Positions 41,592 through 52,295 of a DNA stretch of 64,000 nt are shown here, piece by piece. Numbering within the stretch: the stretch's first letter is position 1; the number at the start of each line of letters is the position of its first letter. The position numbers and the translations under genes were made by a program. The stretch comes from an uncultured Gammaproteobacteria bacterium (GTDB lineage: Bacteria; Pseudomonadota; Gammaproteobacteria; JAURND01): assembly GCA_963714975.1 (NCBI GenBank), contig CAVQQD010000003.1:704001-768000 (forward strand), read 5' to 3'. The notes under the pieces are model-generated. The model did not search any database. It was not told the DNA's origin and saw nothing but the letters and a program-made list of their open reading frames with translations.

Positions 41592-44500
41592 TCATGGATG
41601 GTGGTATAGATTTCCGCAGGGTATACGATGCGCTCCCGGCGCCATCAATACCGATTGCGCACCGCAAATCAGCGGTAACAATAATTCCCAGACCGAAACA
41701 TCAAAATAGTAAGGAGTCATTTGTAAGACTTTATCTTGTGGGTTAAATTGATAATCTCGTTGCATCCCCACCAATCGGTTCACTAATGCGCCATGCTGAA
41801 TCATTACTCCTTTCGGATGACCCGTAGTTCCTGAAGTATAAATCACATACACTAAACTCTCAGGTGGGTAGTTAATTTCTAGCCTCTGCTTGTCTTCTTC
41901 CAGGTAGTTTTCTTGGTCTAACAAAATCAATTGATGCGCCTCACCTGTTATCCCGGTTTCGACGGTCGAGGCCAGCCGGCTTTGCGTCAGAATCAGCTTG
42001 GTTTGAGTGTCACTTAGGATATAACGTAGGCGTTCGGGCGGGGAGTTTGTATCCAGCGGTACATAAGCCGCTCCTGATTTGAGAATCCCCCATATTCCTA
42101 TCACCATCTCCAAACTGCGTTCCACACAAATCCCAATTAAAGTATCCGGAGTTAAATTTTCTTGCGTTTGATCGAAGTACATGCGGCGAATATATCGCGC
42201 TAGTTGATTTGATTTTTCATTTAATTCTCGGTAAGTCAGTGACTCTCCTTCATAAACTACGGCCGTATTCTCAGAAGCCTTTTCTACCTGCTCTGCAAAT
42301 AACTCCAAGATAGTTCGATCTTGAGGATAGTCACGGTCCGTCTCGTTCCAACGATACACCGTCTGCTCATATTCCGCTTGATCCAATAAACTTAATTGAC
42401 TATGCGATTGATATAGACGATCCGGAATTCCACTCAGAATCTTCTCCATCTGCTTTAATAATCTCGTTGCTTGGGCATCACTGAGATATTCCCCCGCATA
42501 CTTTAAATTTATTTGTAAATTATCCTTAGCTTCATGGGCCGCAATACATAAGGGATAATCTAGTTTCTCTATTGCATTCCTTAATTTAAATTTCAAACCA
42601 GCTGCTTTGGCCTTGCCTATTGGGTAATTTTCAAAAACAAATAAACTGTGAAATAAACGCTGACCTGCGGTTTGTAAATGCGCTAAATTGATATAACTGT
42701 GATGGTTTAATTCCGTGGTATATTGATGGATAAGACCCAATTGTGCTTGGACTGTTCTCTCCTGCCAATCAATAATCAAGGGCAGGGTATTGATATATAA
42801 ACCCACACTTTCTTCAATTCCCGCTATGGGCAGGCCGCGTCCCGATACCGTCGTCCCTACCACCGTCACGGCATCGCGGGTGTATACCTGCAGTAATTTG
42901 TGCCAGGCCAATTGCAGCAGTACATTGAGAGTAATCCCTTCACTCCGCGCCAAGGTTTTCAAACGATGATACAACGCGCCACCCACACTCAGCTGCGCCT
43001 CACGTCCTTCTCGAACCTCACGCAGCGTGTCTAAATCCGCAGGCTGGGTGAATAATGCATTCAGATCATTCACCTGCTCCATCGCCTTCATCCGCTCTTG
43101 CCAATACGCCTGCACTTCGCTTTGATGGGCGTGGAAATACCGTTGCGCTGCGCCATAGGCCCGATCTTCTACTACACTCAGCGCCTTACCGCGCAATCCT
43201 GCTTCATAGTATTCATGCACTCGCTGAAACAGGATCGGATAACTCCAGCCATCCGTGATGCTGTGATGCATACTCAATAGCAATGTCCCATAATCTTCGG
43301 ACTGCATGATCCAATGCAGGCGCAATAACCCAGGTTTTGATAAGTCAAACCTTTCCTGCCAATCTTTCGCACGAATTGATTCAACTGCTTCCTCTTTATT
43401 TTTCTCTGCGCTGATATCATGCTCCGTCCACGGTATTTCTCGGTAATCGGTGATGATTTGCAGAAGCTCTTCTTCCCAATTGAAGCACACTCTCAATCCC
43501 GGAAAACAACCCAGGACATAACGCCAGGCCGCCTGTAATTGTTGGGTATCCATCGCTTGTGGATAATCTACCAAAAGCTGCAATCGATAGGCCTCATCTT
43601 CTGGATAGGTTAACGCATGATAAATAAACCCCTGCTGCAAGCTACTTGCGGGATACAGGTCTTCCAAGCGATATCGATCTTGTAATCGATTCAGTAATTC
43701 TTGACGGATTTTTACTGTAGGAAAATCACTGGGCGTATAAACTGATTCACCCGACCTCAGTCGTGGCGCAGAATAATCAATGACCTCTTGTTCTGCAGTC
43801 AGGGGTATGTGAACTACTAGCTGGGCAATGCAACGATAGCTAAAGATATCTTTTACCGAAAGGCTTAATCCCAAATGCCGCAGGCGAGAGGTTAATTGAA
43901 TACTTAAAATGCTATCCCCGCCTAATCGGAAAAAATCATCTTCTATCCCCACGCGTTGCAGATGCAATACTTGCTGCCACACTTCGACCATTTTCGCTTC
44001 TAATTCATTGCGGGGCGCTACATAACTGGCAGCTGCCTTGCATTCTGGTTCTGGTAAAGCGCGACGGTCTAGTTTGCCACTACTGGTCAAGGGCAAAGAC
44101 TCTAGATGCACGAATACACTGGGGATCATGTAATCTGGTAATTTCGTGGCTAAGTGCTCTAGTAAACGATCATCGCTGATCGGTTTTTCTGCTACGTAAT
44201 AGGCCACTAACGATTTCGTTCCTTCTCTTTCGTGAACCATGATTACACTGTGCTTGATCGTGGGATAATCGTTTAAATTATTTTCAATCTCTCCTAACTC
44301 AATCCTAAACCCACGAATCTTAACTTGAAAATCATTGCGGCCGATATATTCTAAGTTCCCATCTGGAAACCAACGCACTAAGTCCCCGGTTTTGTATAGG
44401 CGGTCGTAACCTCTCGCTTGATCTTCTGGAGTGGCAAAGGGATTGGCAATAAATCGTTCGGCCGTTAATTCCGGCCGATTTAAATAACCCCGAGCGACCT

Positions 44501-46367
44501 GTACTCCACCGATATAAAGCTCACCTATCACGCCCACCGGTGCCGGTTGTCGAGCTGCATCTAATACATAAACTTTTGTATTATCAACAGGGCGGCCTAT
44601 ATAAATTGCTTTTATCCCGGGATGACAGGCAAATTCAGTCACATCAATGGTTGTTTCAGTAGGACCGTATAAATTTTGAAATCCCACATCAGGGTAGAGG
44701 CGTTTAAATTGCGAATAAACTTTGAGCGCTAAGGCTTCTCCACTAGAAAATACGGTGAGTAATGTAGAGGGCAGATTTGAATTAGTCCCATCCGTTACCA
44801 TCCAATCTAGATAAGCCTCTAGCATTGACGGCACAAAGTGGAGGCGAGTAATCTCGTATTTGTGGATGGTGGTACAGATTTCCGCAGGGATACGATGTGC
44901 TTCCGGTGCCATCAATACCGATTGCGCACCGCAAATCAGAGGTAACAATAATTCCAAGACCGAAACATCAAAATAGTAAGGAGTATTTTGTAAGATTTTA
45001 TCTTGTGGGTTAAATTGATAATCTCGTTGCATCCCCACCAATCGGTTCACTAAGGCGTCATGCTGAATCATCACGCCTTTCGGATGACCCGTAGTTCCTG
45101 AAGTATAAATCACATATATCAAACTTTCAGGTGGGTAGTTAATTTCTAGCCTCTGCTTGTCTTCTTCCAGGTAGTTTTCTTGGTCTAACAAAATCAATTG
45201 ATGCGCCTCGACGGTCGAGGCGATTTTTTTCGCCAACCAGCTCTGCGTTAGAATCAGTTTAGCTTGAATATCACTTAGGATATAGTGCAGCCGTTCGGGC
45301 GGAGAGTCTGTATCTAGTGGTACATAAGCTGCTCCTGCTTTAAGAATCCCCCATATTCCTATCACCATCTCCAAACTGCGTTCCACGCAAATCCCAATTA
45401 AAGTATCTGGAGTTAAATTTTCTTGCGTTTGATCGAAGTAAATGCGGCGAATATATCGCGCTAATTGATTCGATTGTTCATCCAATTCTCGATAGCTTAG
45501 TGATTCTCTTTCATACACTACCGCTGTTTTCTCGAAAGATTTTTTCACCTGCTCTGCAAATAACCCTAGGATTGTTTGATTTTGAGGATAATCTCGAGCT
45601 ATCTTGTTCCAATCAAATAAAATTTTATTGCGTTCATTGCTAGATAATAGTGATATTTCAGTAATACGCTTTTTTGGATTATTAAGTACTTCTTGTAAAA
45701 ATATGTGAAAATTATTCGTGAAAGTTCGCATGAACCATTCTGGAAAAGATTGCTTAGCAAACAAATACTTAAGCATAATTTTATTATCGACCACATCATA
45801 AAGGAGTGAAAATTCATTTCGTGCATGTTTTAAATGAATAAATATAGGCTCAATGTCCAAATTAATAAAAGATAATTTAACAGTAAGGCAAGTAACTCCA
45901 AAAAAAATATTACAGATACCATTGCCTTTATCAGTATGTATGTCTCTTAATTGTTGTGCCAAATAAATAATAGGAAGTTTAGTTTTTTCTCTTGTAAATT
46001 TGAGTTCTTGGGATATTTGATTAATAACTTCTTCCATGGTCGAATTGGGGTTGAATTGCGTTCTACTACAAATTGAATTCACTAAATACCCAAAAAAATT
46101 TCCAAGAAAGATTTGCGATTTATTTTTCCTAATATCAACAGAATAGTTAATTGAAATATCTTCTTGTCCTGTGTATCGATATAAAAAAGTTTTAAAACAG
46201 GTAAATAATACGGAAAATAGTGTACTTTTATGGTTTTTTGCTAATTGTTGTAGTCCAGCGGTTATTTCTTCAGATAATTCAAAATAAAAATCATCAGATA
46301 TGGGGGCCTCGAACCGTCGTCCCTCCCACGACTTGTTCGCGGGAATAGATGCGGGGATCCAATTCAT
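41592..46367 (-). CDS. NRPS fragment: C-terminal half of starter C, then A1-T1-C and the N-terminal part of A2
   Basis: FGYLVN, YTSGTTGHPKG twice, NLYGPTE, GGDSI, HHSITDGWS. Confidence 0.92.
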   Translation of the reverse strand: MNWIPASIPANKSWEGRRFEAPISDDFYFELSEEITAGLQQLAKNHKSTLFSVLFTCFKTFLYRYTGQEDISINYSVDIRKNKSQIFLGNFFGYLVNSICSRTQFNPNSTMEEVINQISQELKFTREKTKLPIIYLAQQLRDIHTDKGNGICNIFFGVTCLTVKLSFINLDIEPIFIHLKHARNEFSLLYDVVDNKIMLKYLFAKQSFPEWFMRTFTNNFHIFLQEVLNNPKKRITEISLLSSNERNKILFDWNKIARDYPQNQTILGLFAEQVKKSFEKTAVVYERESLSYRELDEQSNQLARYIRRIYFDQTQENLTPDTLIGICVERSLEMVIGIWGILKAGAAYVPLDTDSPPERLHYILSDIQAKLILTQSWLAKKIASTVEAHQLILLDQENYLEEDKQRLEINYPPESLIYVIYTSGTTGHPKGVMIQHDALVNRLVGMQRDYQFNPQDKILQNTPYYFDVSVLELLLPLICGAQSVLMAPEAHRIPAEICTTIHKYEITRLHFVPSMLEAYLDWMVTDGTNSNLPSTLLTVFSSGEALALKVYSQFKRLYPDVGFQNLYGPTETTIDVTEFACHPGIKAIYIGRPVDNTKVYVLDAARQPAPVGVIGELYIGGVQVARGYLNRPELTAERFIANPFATPEDQARGYDRLYKTGDLVRWFPDGNLEYIGRNDFQVKIRGFRIELGEIENNLNDYPTIKHSVIMVHEREGTKSLVAYYVAEKPISDDRLLEHLATKLPDYMIPSVFVHLESLPLTSSGKLDRRALPEPECKAAASYVAPRNELEAKMVEVWQQVLHLQRVGIEDDFFRLGGDSILSIQLTSRLRHLGLSLSVKDIFSYRCIAQLVVHIPLTAEQEVIDYSAPRLRSGESVYTPSDFPTVKIRQELLNRLQDRYRLEDLYPASSLQQGFIYHALTYPEDEAYRLQLLVDYPQAMDTQQLQAAWRYVLGCFPGLRVCFNWEEELLQIITDYREIPWTEHDISAEKNKEEAVESIRAKDWQERFDLSKPGLLRLHWIMQSEDYGTLLLSMHHSITDGWSYPILFQRVHEYYEAGLRGKALSVVEDRAYGAAQRYFHAHQSEVQAYWQERMKAMEQVNDLNALFTQPADLDTLREVREGREAQLSVGGALYHRLKTLARSEGITLNVLLQLAWHKLLQVYTRDAVTVVGTTVSGRGLPIAGIEESVGLYINTLPLIIDWQERTVQAQLGLIHQYTTELNHHSYINLAHLQTAGQRLFHSLFVFENYPIGKAKAAGLKFKLRNAIEKLDYPLCIAAHEAKDNLQINLKYAGEYLSDAQATRLLKQMEKILSGIPDRLYQSHSQLSLLDQAEYEQTVYRWNETDRDYPQDRTILELFAEQVEKASENTAVVYEGESLTYRELNEKSNQLARYIRRMYFDQTQENLTPDTLIGICVERSLEMVIGIWGILKSGAAYVPLDTNSPPERLRYILSDTQTKLILTQSRLASTVETGITGEAHQLILLDQENYLEEDKQRLEINYPPESLVYVIYTSGTTGHPKGVMIQHGALVNRLVGMQRDYQFNPQDKVLQMTPYYFDVSVWELLLPLICGAQSVLMAPGAHRIPCGNLYHHP

Positions 46368-47055
46368 AGGGGCGTGAAAATTTCGCTTCCTGCGTCATGA
46401 ATCCTGGCATCGTTGCCGAGACGGCGGTCAAAGTCGATATAGGTGTATAAAATAATGCATCAGCTAATTTATCTTGCCAAAAATGTGTATCTTCCTGATA
46501 GTGGATAGAATTAAGGTAATTAACTTGATAAGCCAAAACATCATTAATCGTGGCCACAACATCGGGTGGCGATATCGCTTTTCCTTGAGAAAAATGGTTA
46601 TAAGCATCAGCTAGTTCATTAAAAAAAATTTTTAAAGAACTATCATCGATAATAATATGGTGGAAATTAAAGATTAAAAAATGAGAATTATAAGCAGTTT
46701 TTAAAATTGAAAATTTAAATAATGGTGGTTTTTTCAAGTCGAAAATAATATTGATCTTTTCATCAATGAGCTTATCTAAACTCTCATTATCCTGACTAGA
46801 GCAATCAATAATTTCCACTTGATAATTTATTTCCTTATCAATCATTTGATAGGCTTCGTCATCAATTTCTTCAAAATGTGTTCTTAATGAATCATACCTG
46901 GTGACTAGATAGCTTAGAGACTTTATCAGTGCCGACAAGTCCAAAATACCAATTAGTTTGTACATAAATGGTAGATTATAGGCTGTAGATTCTGGTCGTA
47001 ACTTCCATTCAAACCAAAGACTCAACTGAAAATCCGTTAACTTAAATTTAGCCAT
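46294..47055 (-). CDS. NRPS fragment: N-terminal half of starter condensation domain
   Basis: LTDFQ..LWF, AYNLP, RYDSLRTHF, FDL.KPPLF, FHHIIIDD. Confidence 0.85.
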   Translation of the reverse strand: MAKFKLTDFQLSLWFEWKLRPESTAYNLPFMYKLIGILDLSALIKSLSYLVTRYDSLRTHFEEIDDEAYQMIDKEINYQVEIIDCSSQDNESLDKLIDEKINIIFDLKKPPLFKFSILKTAYNSHFLIFNFHHIIIDDSSLKIFFNELADAYNHFSQGKAISPPDVVATINDVLAYQVNYLNSIHYQEDTHFWQDKLADALFYTPISTLTAVSATMPGFMTQEAKFSRPYELDPRIYSREQVVGGTTVRGPHI

Positions 47056-47081
47056 TGCTTATTATCCTTGCTAAATGTGCG

Positions 47082-48470
47082 CTAAATGTTGAGGTTATTT
47101 TGTGACAAGCCCCTTACTTTTGTTTTAAATCGCAAGCTCAGTAATATCACACCAACGCTGGAACCTATTACCATCCCCCACCAAAATCCTGCTCCCCCTA
47201 AGTGAAACCAAACTGCCAATAAATAACCGATGGGTAGTGCAATAAACCAGAAAATAATGATAGATATAAGCAGTGTAAAACGTGTATCGTGGAAAGCGCG
47301 TAATGCGCCAAATAAAGCATATCGACCAGCTTCGGCAATTTGAAAAATAGCGCTCACTGCTAACAGTCTTTCAATATCACGTATTATCGCAAAGTTGCTA
47401 GGATCGTGAAGATCAAGATCGACAGAAATAAGTATCTGTGGAAAAAACCAATAACAGATAGCGACCAATCCCATAATACTGGTTGATATAAAAATACCCA
47501 CATAATTTACATGCTTCACTGCATGAATTTTTCTTTCTCCTAGTAAATGTCCCATCCGCACAGTTATCGCTTGTGCGATACAAATCACCACTACTAGTGA
47601 GGTATTTGTAAACTGCAATGCGATTTGATTGGCAGCGAGCAATTGTCTATTGAAAGAACCCATAATCAAATTTAAAGTAAAGAAAAAACCTGCCTCAGTA
47701 CTAAACATTGCGCCTATAGGGATACCCACACGTAACAGCTTCCATAAATAACAAGGGTTAGCCTTAGAAATAATGGCCTCGACCGTCGAGGCCGAAATAA
47801 TCTTGTGGAAATAAATGTTGTAATCCTTATTTTTTAAAAAATAGATAAGCAATACCATAGCGGTTACCGAATAACTTGTCGTTGCTCCCCAGCCTGCTCC
47901 AGCGATACTAAAAGCTGGTAAGCCAAATTTTCCAAAGATAAAAATATAACTAAAAAATATATGGGTAGTTACAAATAATACGGTGAAAAATATAATAGTG
48001 CTGCCGTGTCCTAGCCCGATGATTAATTCAAAAAAAACAACCATAACAAAACTAGGCAACAATCCCCATGCTAGGGCATGAAAAAAACGGTTGGCGAGTA
48101 ATACAATGGTCTGATCTTCGCCAAATATCAAAAAAATAGGTGAGACATACCAAAAAAACAGAAATGTTGGAATGGCAAGCAATACTGCGAGTAATAATCC
48201 ATCACGAATCACCAAGGAAATCCCAAGTGGATCATTTGCGGTATATTTATGAGAAATAAATATACTGACAGAATTTAAGATGCCAAATCCTATCATCACC
48301 AAGGTCGCAAATAAAAAACTTACCAAGGCGCTTGCCGCTAATATTTGTTCTCCTAAATTTGCTAAGAATAAGACTTGGAAAAAAAAGATAGATGCTTTTA
48401 AAATCCCGATCAGCATCAGCGGAATCGCTAGCTTCAATAACGGATAAAACGTCTCGCTCCTTAAGTTCAT
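47082..48470 (-). CDS. MATE family efflux transporter
   Basis: LLKLAIP, about 12 TM helices, GIPIG, LAANQIA, GALRAFHDT, GFWWG. Confidence 0.9.
   Translation of the reverse strand: MNLRSETFYPLLKLAIPLMLIGILKASIFFFQVLFLANLGEQILAASALVSFLFATLVMIGFGILNSVSIFISHKYTANDPLGISLVIRDGLLLAVLLAIPTFLFFWYVSPIFLIFGEDQTIVLLANRFFHALAWGLLPSFVMVVFFELIIGLGHGSTIIFFTVLFVTTHIFFSYIFIFGKFGLPAFSIAGAGWGATTSYSVTAMVLLIYFLKNKDYNIYFHKIISASTVEAIISKANPCYLWKLLRVGIPIGAMFSTEAGFFFTLNLIMGSFNRQLLAANQIALQFTNTSLVVVICIAQAITVRMGHLLGERKIHAVKHVNYVGIFISTSIMGLVAICYWFFPQILISVDLDLHDPSNFAIIRDIERLLAVSAIFQIAEAGRYALFGALRAFHDTRFTLLISIIIFWFIALPIGYLLAVWFHLGGAGFWWGMVIGSSVGVILLSLRFKTKVRGLSQNNLNI
47767..47801. repeat. 19-bp palindrome with 8-bp direct repeats, in frame in the MATE gene
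   Basis: GAAATAAT-GGCCTCGACCGTCGAGGCC-GAAATAAT. Confidence 0.85.
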
Positions 48471-48853
48471 ATCATCCTCTTATACCACCGTTGCTATCCC
48501 TCAGGATAAAACCAACACAACACCGCCAAGCCTGCAAAAGCCAAATAAGGTCCTAAAGGCATTGGCATATCCTTGAATAAATCCATGCAAACCTAAAAAC
48601 ACAAGCAAACAATAGGGGCATAAAATTTCTTGTATCCTATTGTAAAAAAACGCAATATACCACGGTCGGCCTCCTTTTGCAGCATTGATTATTTGTGCTA
48701 GGCGAAAATATGAGCTCCTTCAGCAGACTGACCTAAGCTGGCCTGCTACGTAAAAACTGCGGTATTGAGTATTTAACAGATTTTATGGTAAGTTGTCATC
48801 TAATTCGTGGGAGATATGTCAGCTCGGGATGACACCTGGGGAGCTAGCTTTGA

Positions 48854-50857
48854 TTATCCCGTAAAAGCAGTATTACGTAATTGTTGAATCTGATCACGCA
48901 ATTTCGCTGCTGCTTCAAATTCCAAATTTCGCGCATGATCATACATTTTTTCTTCAAGTTGCGTGATTTTTTTCGCGAGTTCTTTTGGATTTAACACCTG
49001 ATAATGCGCTGCTTCTTCAGCGATTTTTTCATGCCGAGCTCGTGCCGAGGTCGAATATTCCTCGCTGGTTTCTAGAATAACGTGAATCGCTTTTTTAATT
49101 CCTTGTGGAGTAATATGATGGAGTTGATTGTAAGCGGTTTGTATTTCTTGACGGCGATTAGTTTCTTCAATAGCGCGCCTCATGGAATCAGTGATCTTGT
49201 CACCATACATAATGACTTTGCCGTGAATATTTCTGGCGGCGCGGCCAATAGTTTGGATTAAAGAACGTTCAGAACGTAAAAAGCCTTCTTTATCCGCATC
49301 TAAAATCGCAACCAGAGACACCTCGGGAAGATCGAGGCCTTCGCGTAATAAATTAATGCCCACTAACACATCAAAGGTTCCCAGGCGTAAATCGCGAATA
49401 ATTTCCACTCGCTCAATGGCGTCAATATCAGAATGCAAATAGCGCACTTTCACATCATGCTCGGCATAATAATCGGTTAAATCTTCCGCCATGCGTTTGG
49501 TTAAAGTGGTGACTAAACCCGTTCCTGTGCCAGCGTGCGTTGGCGAATCTCTGACAATAAATCGTCCACCTGAGTGGTTACCGGCCGCACTTCTAATTCA
49601 GGATCAATGAGTCCAGTGGGGCGAACCAGTAATTCGACAATTTGATTGGCTTGTTTGCGTTCAAATTCGGCAGGCGTTGCCGACACATAAATGGTTTGTG
49701 GTGATAGATCTTCAAATTCATCAAAGCGCAGCGGACGGTTATCCAGAGCCGAGGGCAGACGAAAACCATATTCCACTAAGGTTTCTTTGCGCGAACGATC
49801 ACCACGATACATCGCGCCCAGTTGCGGGACCGTCACATGAGATTCATCAATAATCAGTAAAGAGCCTTGAGGCAAATAATCCATTAAAGTGGGTGGTGGC
49901 TCACCCGCTTGGCGACCGGAAAAATAACGCGAATAATTTTCGATGCCATTGCAATAGCCTAATTCCAAAATCATCTCGATATCATACTTGGTCCGTTGTT
50001 CCAAGCGTTGGGCTTCCACTAATTTATTAATCTTATGTAATTGCTCCAGCCGCTCCGCCAATTCAGCCTTAATAAAATCGACCGCATCAAGTAATTTTTG
50101 CCGTGGCGTCACATAGTGAGTTTTCGGGAAGATAGTCACCCTTGGCGCTTTTCGCACGATATCTCCGGTGAGCGGGTCAAAAAAACGAATGCTCTCGACC
50201 TCATTATCGAATAATTCAATGCGGATCGCTTCGGCTTCAGATTCAGCAGGAAAAATATCGATCACCTCGCCATGCACCCGGTAAGTGCCTCGCCGAAAAT
50301 CCATTTCATTGCGTTTATATTGCAATTCCGCTAAGCGTAGTAATAGCTTGCGCTGATCAATGATTTCACCCTGGCTGAGATGCAAGCACCATGCTCATGT
50401 AAGAGACAGGATCCCCTAAGCCATAAATAGCCGAGACTGTGGCTACGACGATAACATCCTTGCGCTCCAAAATAGCCTTGGTCGCCGAGAGGCGCATTTG
50501 TTCAATTTGATCATTAATGGAAGCATCTTTTTCGATATAGGTGTCGGAAGAGGGAACATAGGCTTCTGGTTGATAGTAATCATAATAGGAAACAAAATAT
50601 TCCACGCTATTCTCAGGGAAAAAACCCCGCATTTCGGAGTAAAGCTGTGCGGCTAAGGTCTTGTTCGGCGCCAATACCAGGGTAGGGCGCTGCACCTGCT
50701 GGATCACATGAGCTATCGTAAATGTCTTGCCTGAGCCGGTAACGCCCAACAACACTTGGCGCGAAAAATCCTGCTGCAAACCCGCCACCAATTTTTCAAT
50801 GGCTGGTGGCTGATCGCCTGCAGGACTAAATGGGGCTTTTAATTGAAAGGGTTTCAT
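48854..50857 (-). CDS. uvrB: excinuclease ABC subunit B, split into three ORFs by two single-base frameshifts (about 50385 and 49515)
   Basis: [49 protein letters not shown]. Confidence 0.95.
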
Positions 50858-50888
50858 TTCTTCTCTAATTTTTTACTTAAATTCCTTT

Positions 50889-50962
50889 GGCTCTATGAAG
50901 ATTTGAGTGGGTAATATATCCTTCTCCCCTTGTGGGAGAAGGTGCCGAAGGCGGATGAGGGG
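50889..50962. repeat. REP-like element
   Basis: ...CCTTCTCCCCTTGTGGGAGAAGGTGCCGAAGGCGGATGAGGGG, core identical to the 52004 copy. Confidence 0.85.
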
Positions 50963-51088
50963 TAAGCTCATTACGCGCTCTTATCTTAGGCCCTACACAA
51001 CAATTCATAGCCATCATCTTTTTTATCTGCAAGGTGTTCCTCGGCCATGCTAATTCCTCATGGTCTGCGCTTATAGGCGCAGGGATGC

Positions 51089-51781
51089 TTAGCTTTCTCT
51101 TTGATTTTTAATACCTGTTAAGATTTCTACTGTATGTGCTACCCATTGACCATTATCATCTCTAACCAAAGTATTCAGACGGCCGTAAATCGTTTCTCCA
51201 GGCTGGCATTGGAGGAGGTTTGAAAAAACGGGGGAACAGGGTACTTGAAAATAGCTCTGATTGACGGGGTGAGTTTTAACTTTATATAGGGTTAATAATT
51301 TGCCAAAAGGCGTTTGGCTGTGTAAGACGCCGTTGATCACAGGTTGTGGCAGTGAACGGAAATTCATGGTAATGAGTCCCAGTTCAGCGATGATGCTTTG
51401 ACCTTGCCTATCTGCAGCCAATGCGTCGTCCCGACTTTTAAGCGGGTCCACAATCATGATTATTGCGCGTGAATAAGTGCTTTGAGTTGTATTCGCGATG
51501 GTATATAAAGGCGTGCGTACTTTTGCCGTGCGTTGGTAATATTGCTCTATTCCTAAAGTCATCAAGGGTTGGGTTAATAGAAAATCGTAGGGACTGGGTA
51601 AATTATTTTTATTCACATAAGTTAACTGTGGCCAGGAAGATTTTGGAATTTTTTCTTGGTTGAAAAAAGTTAGTAGTGGAGATAATGGGTCTGGAATGTC
51701 AGCAGCGGCAATGCTTATGCTAATTAAGCAAATACTAAGTATTAGTTTTTTGGCAAGAAATTTGCGAAAGAAGAAAAACAT
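51089..51781 (-). CDS. exported hypothetical protein (weak chorismate-lyase/UTRA-like C-terminus)
   Basis: Signal peptide; PFGKLL...YGR...VEIL pattern. Confidence 0.6.
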   Translation of the reverse strand: MFFFFRKFLAKKLILSICLISISIAAADIPDPLSPLLTFFNQEKIPKSSWPQLTYVNKNNLPSPYDFLLTQPLMTLGIEQYYQRTAKVRTPLYTIANTTQSTYSRAIIMIVDPLKSRDDALAADRQGQSIIAELGLITMNFRSLPQPVINGVLHSQTPFGKLLTLYKVKTHPVNQSYFQVPCSPVFSNLLQCQPGETIYGRLNTLVRDDNGQWVAHTVEILTGIKNQRES

Positions 51782-52003
51782 CGTCTATTTCCTAAAATAA
51801 AATCATAATGAATAAAGGTGTGCAGTATAGCCCAAATAATCCAGTCTAGGCAATGTGGAAAGAGAAGGCGCTGATCTAGTCATGGAATGGGAAACTGGCA
51901 GCTTGTCCTGAGTCTGTCGAAGTGGAGATGCTCGAAAATCTGGCTCCCTTGTGGCTAGTACTCTATCAAAAAAGTTTTTTCCCATGCATTAATTGAATTT
52001 TTT

Positions 52004-52077
52004 GGTTCTATGTAGAATCGAGTGGGTAGATTTTCCTTCTCCCCTTGTGGGAGAAGGTGCCGAAGGCGGATGAGGGG
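52004..52077. repeat. REP-like element preceding the DUF559 remnant
   Basis: Same core as 50889-50962. Confidence 0.85.
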
Positions 52078-52088
52078 TAACAAAATTC

Positions 52089-52295
52089 ATGCTAAAAACT
52101 TTCCAAAAACAGTTAAGAAGAAACCAACACAGAAGCCGAATTAAGATTATGGCAACCATTGAGAAATCGTCGTTTCCAGCATTATAAATTTCGACGACAG
52201 CAAATTTTACAAGGTTATATCGTGATTTTTTTTGCTTAGAAAAGAAGTTGATTATCGAATTGGACGATGGACAGCATGCCGAGCAAATAGAATGA
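52089..52295 (+). pseudogene. DUF559 (Vsr-like endonuclease) remnant
   Basis: Across two frameshifts: MLKTFQKQLRRN/TEAELRLWQPLRNRRFQHYKFRRQQILQGYI/DFFCLEKKLIIELDDGQH; truncated. Confidence 0.8.

Noticed and set aside
41252-41625. NRPS being a pseudogene or a naturally split multi-gene system at A2
   Set aside because: Both breaks are single extra bases relative to the near-identical A1 copy, the same error type as in dnaE and uvrB; cannot be called real without reads
38571-43280. Duplicated short plus-strand ORFs (38571/43055, 38614/43098)
   Set aside because: Antisense shadows of the duplicated NRPS C domain
51803-51985. 60-aa ORF
   Set aside because: Contains REP-derived sequence (PLRQTQDKL); probably spurious
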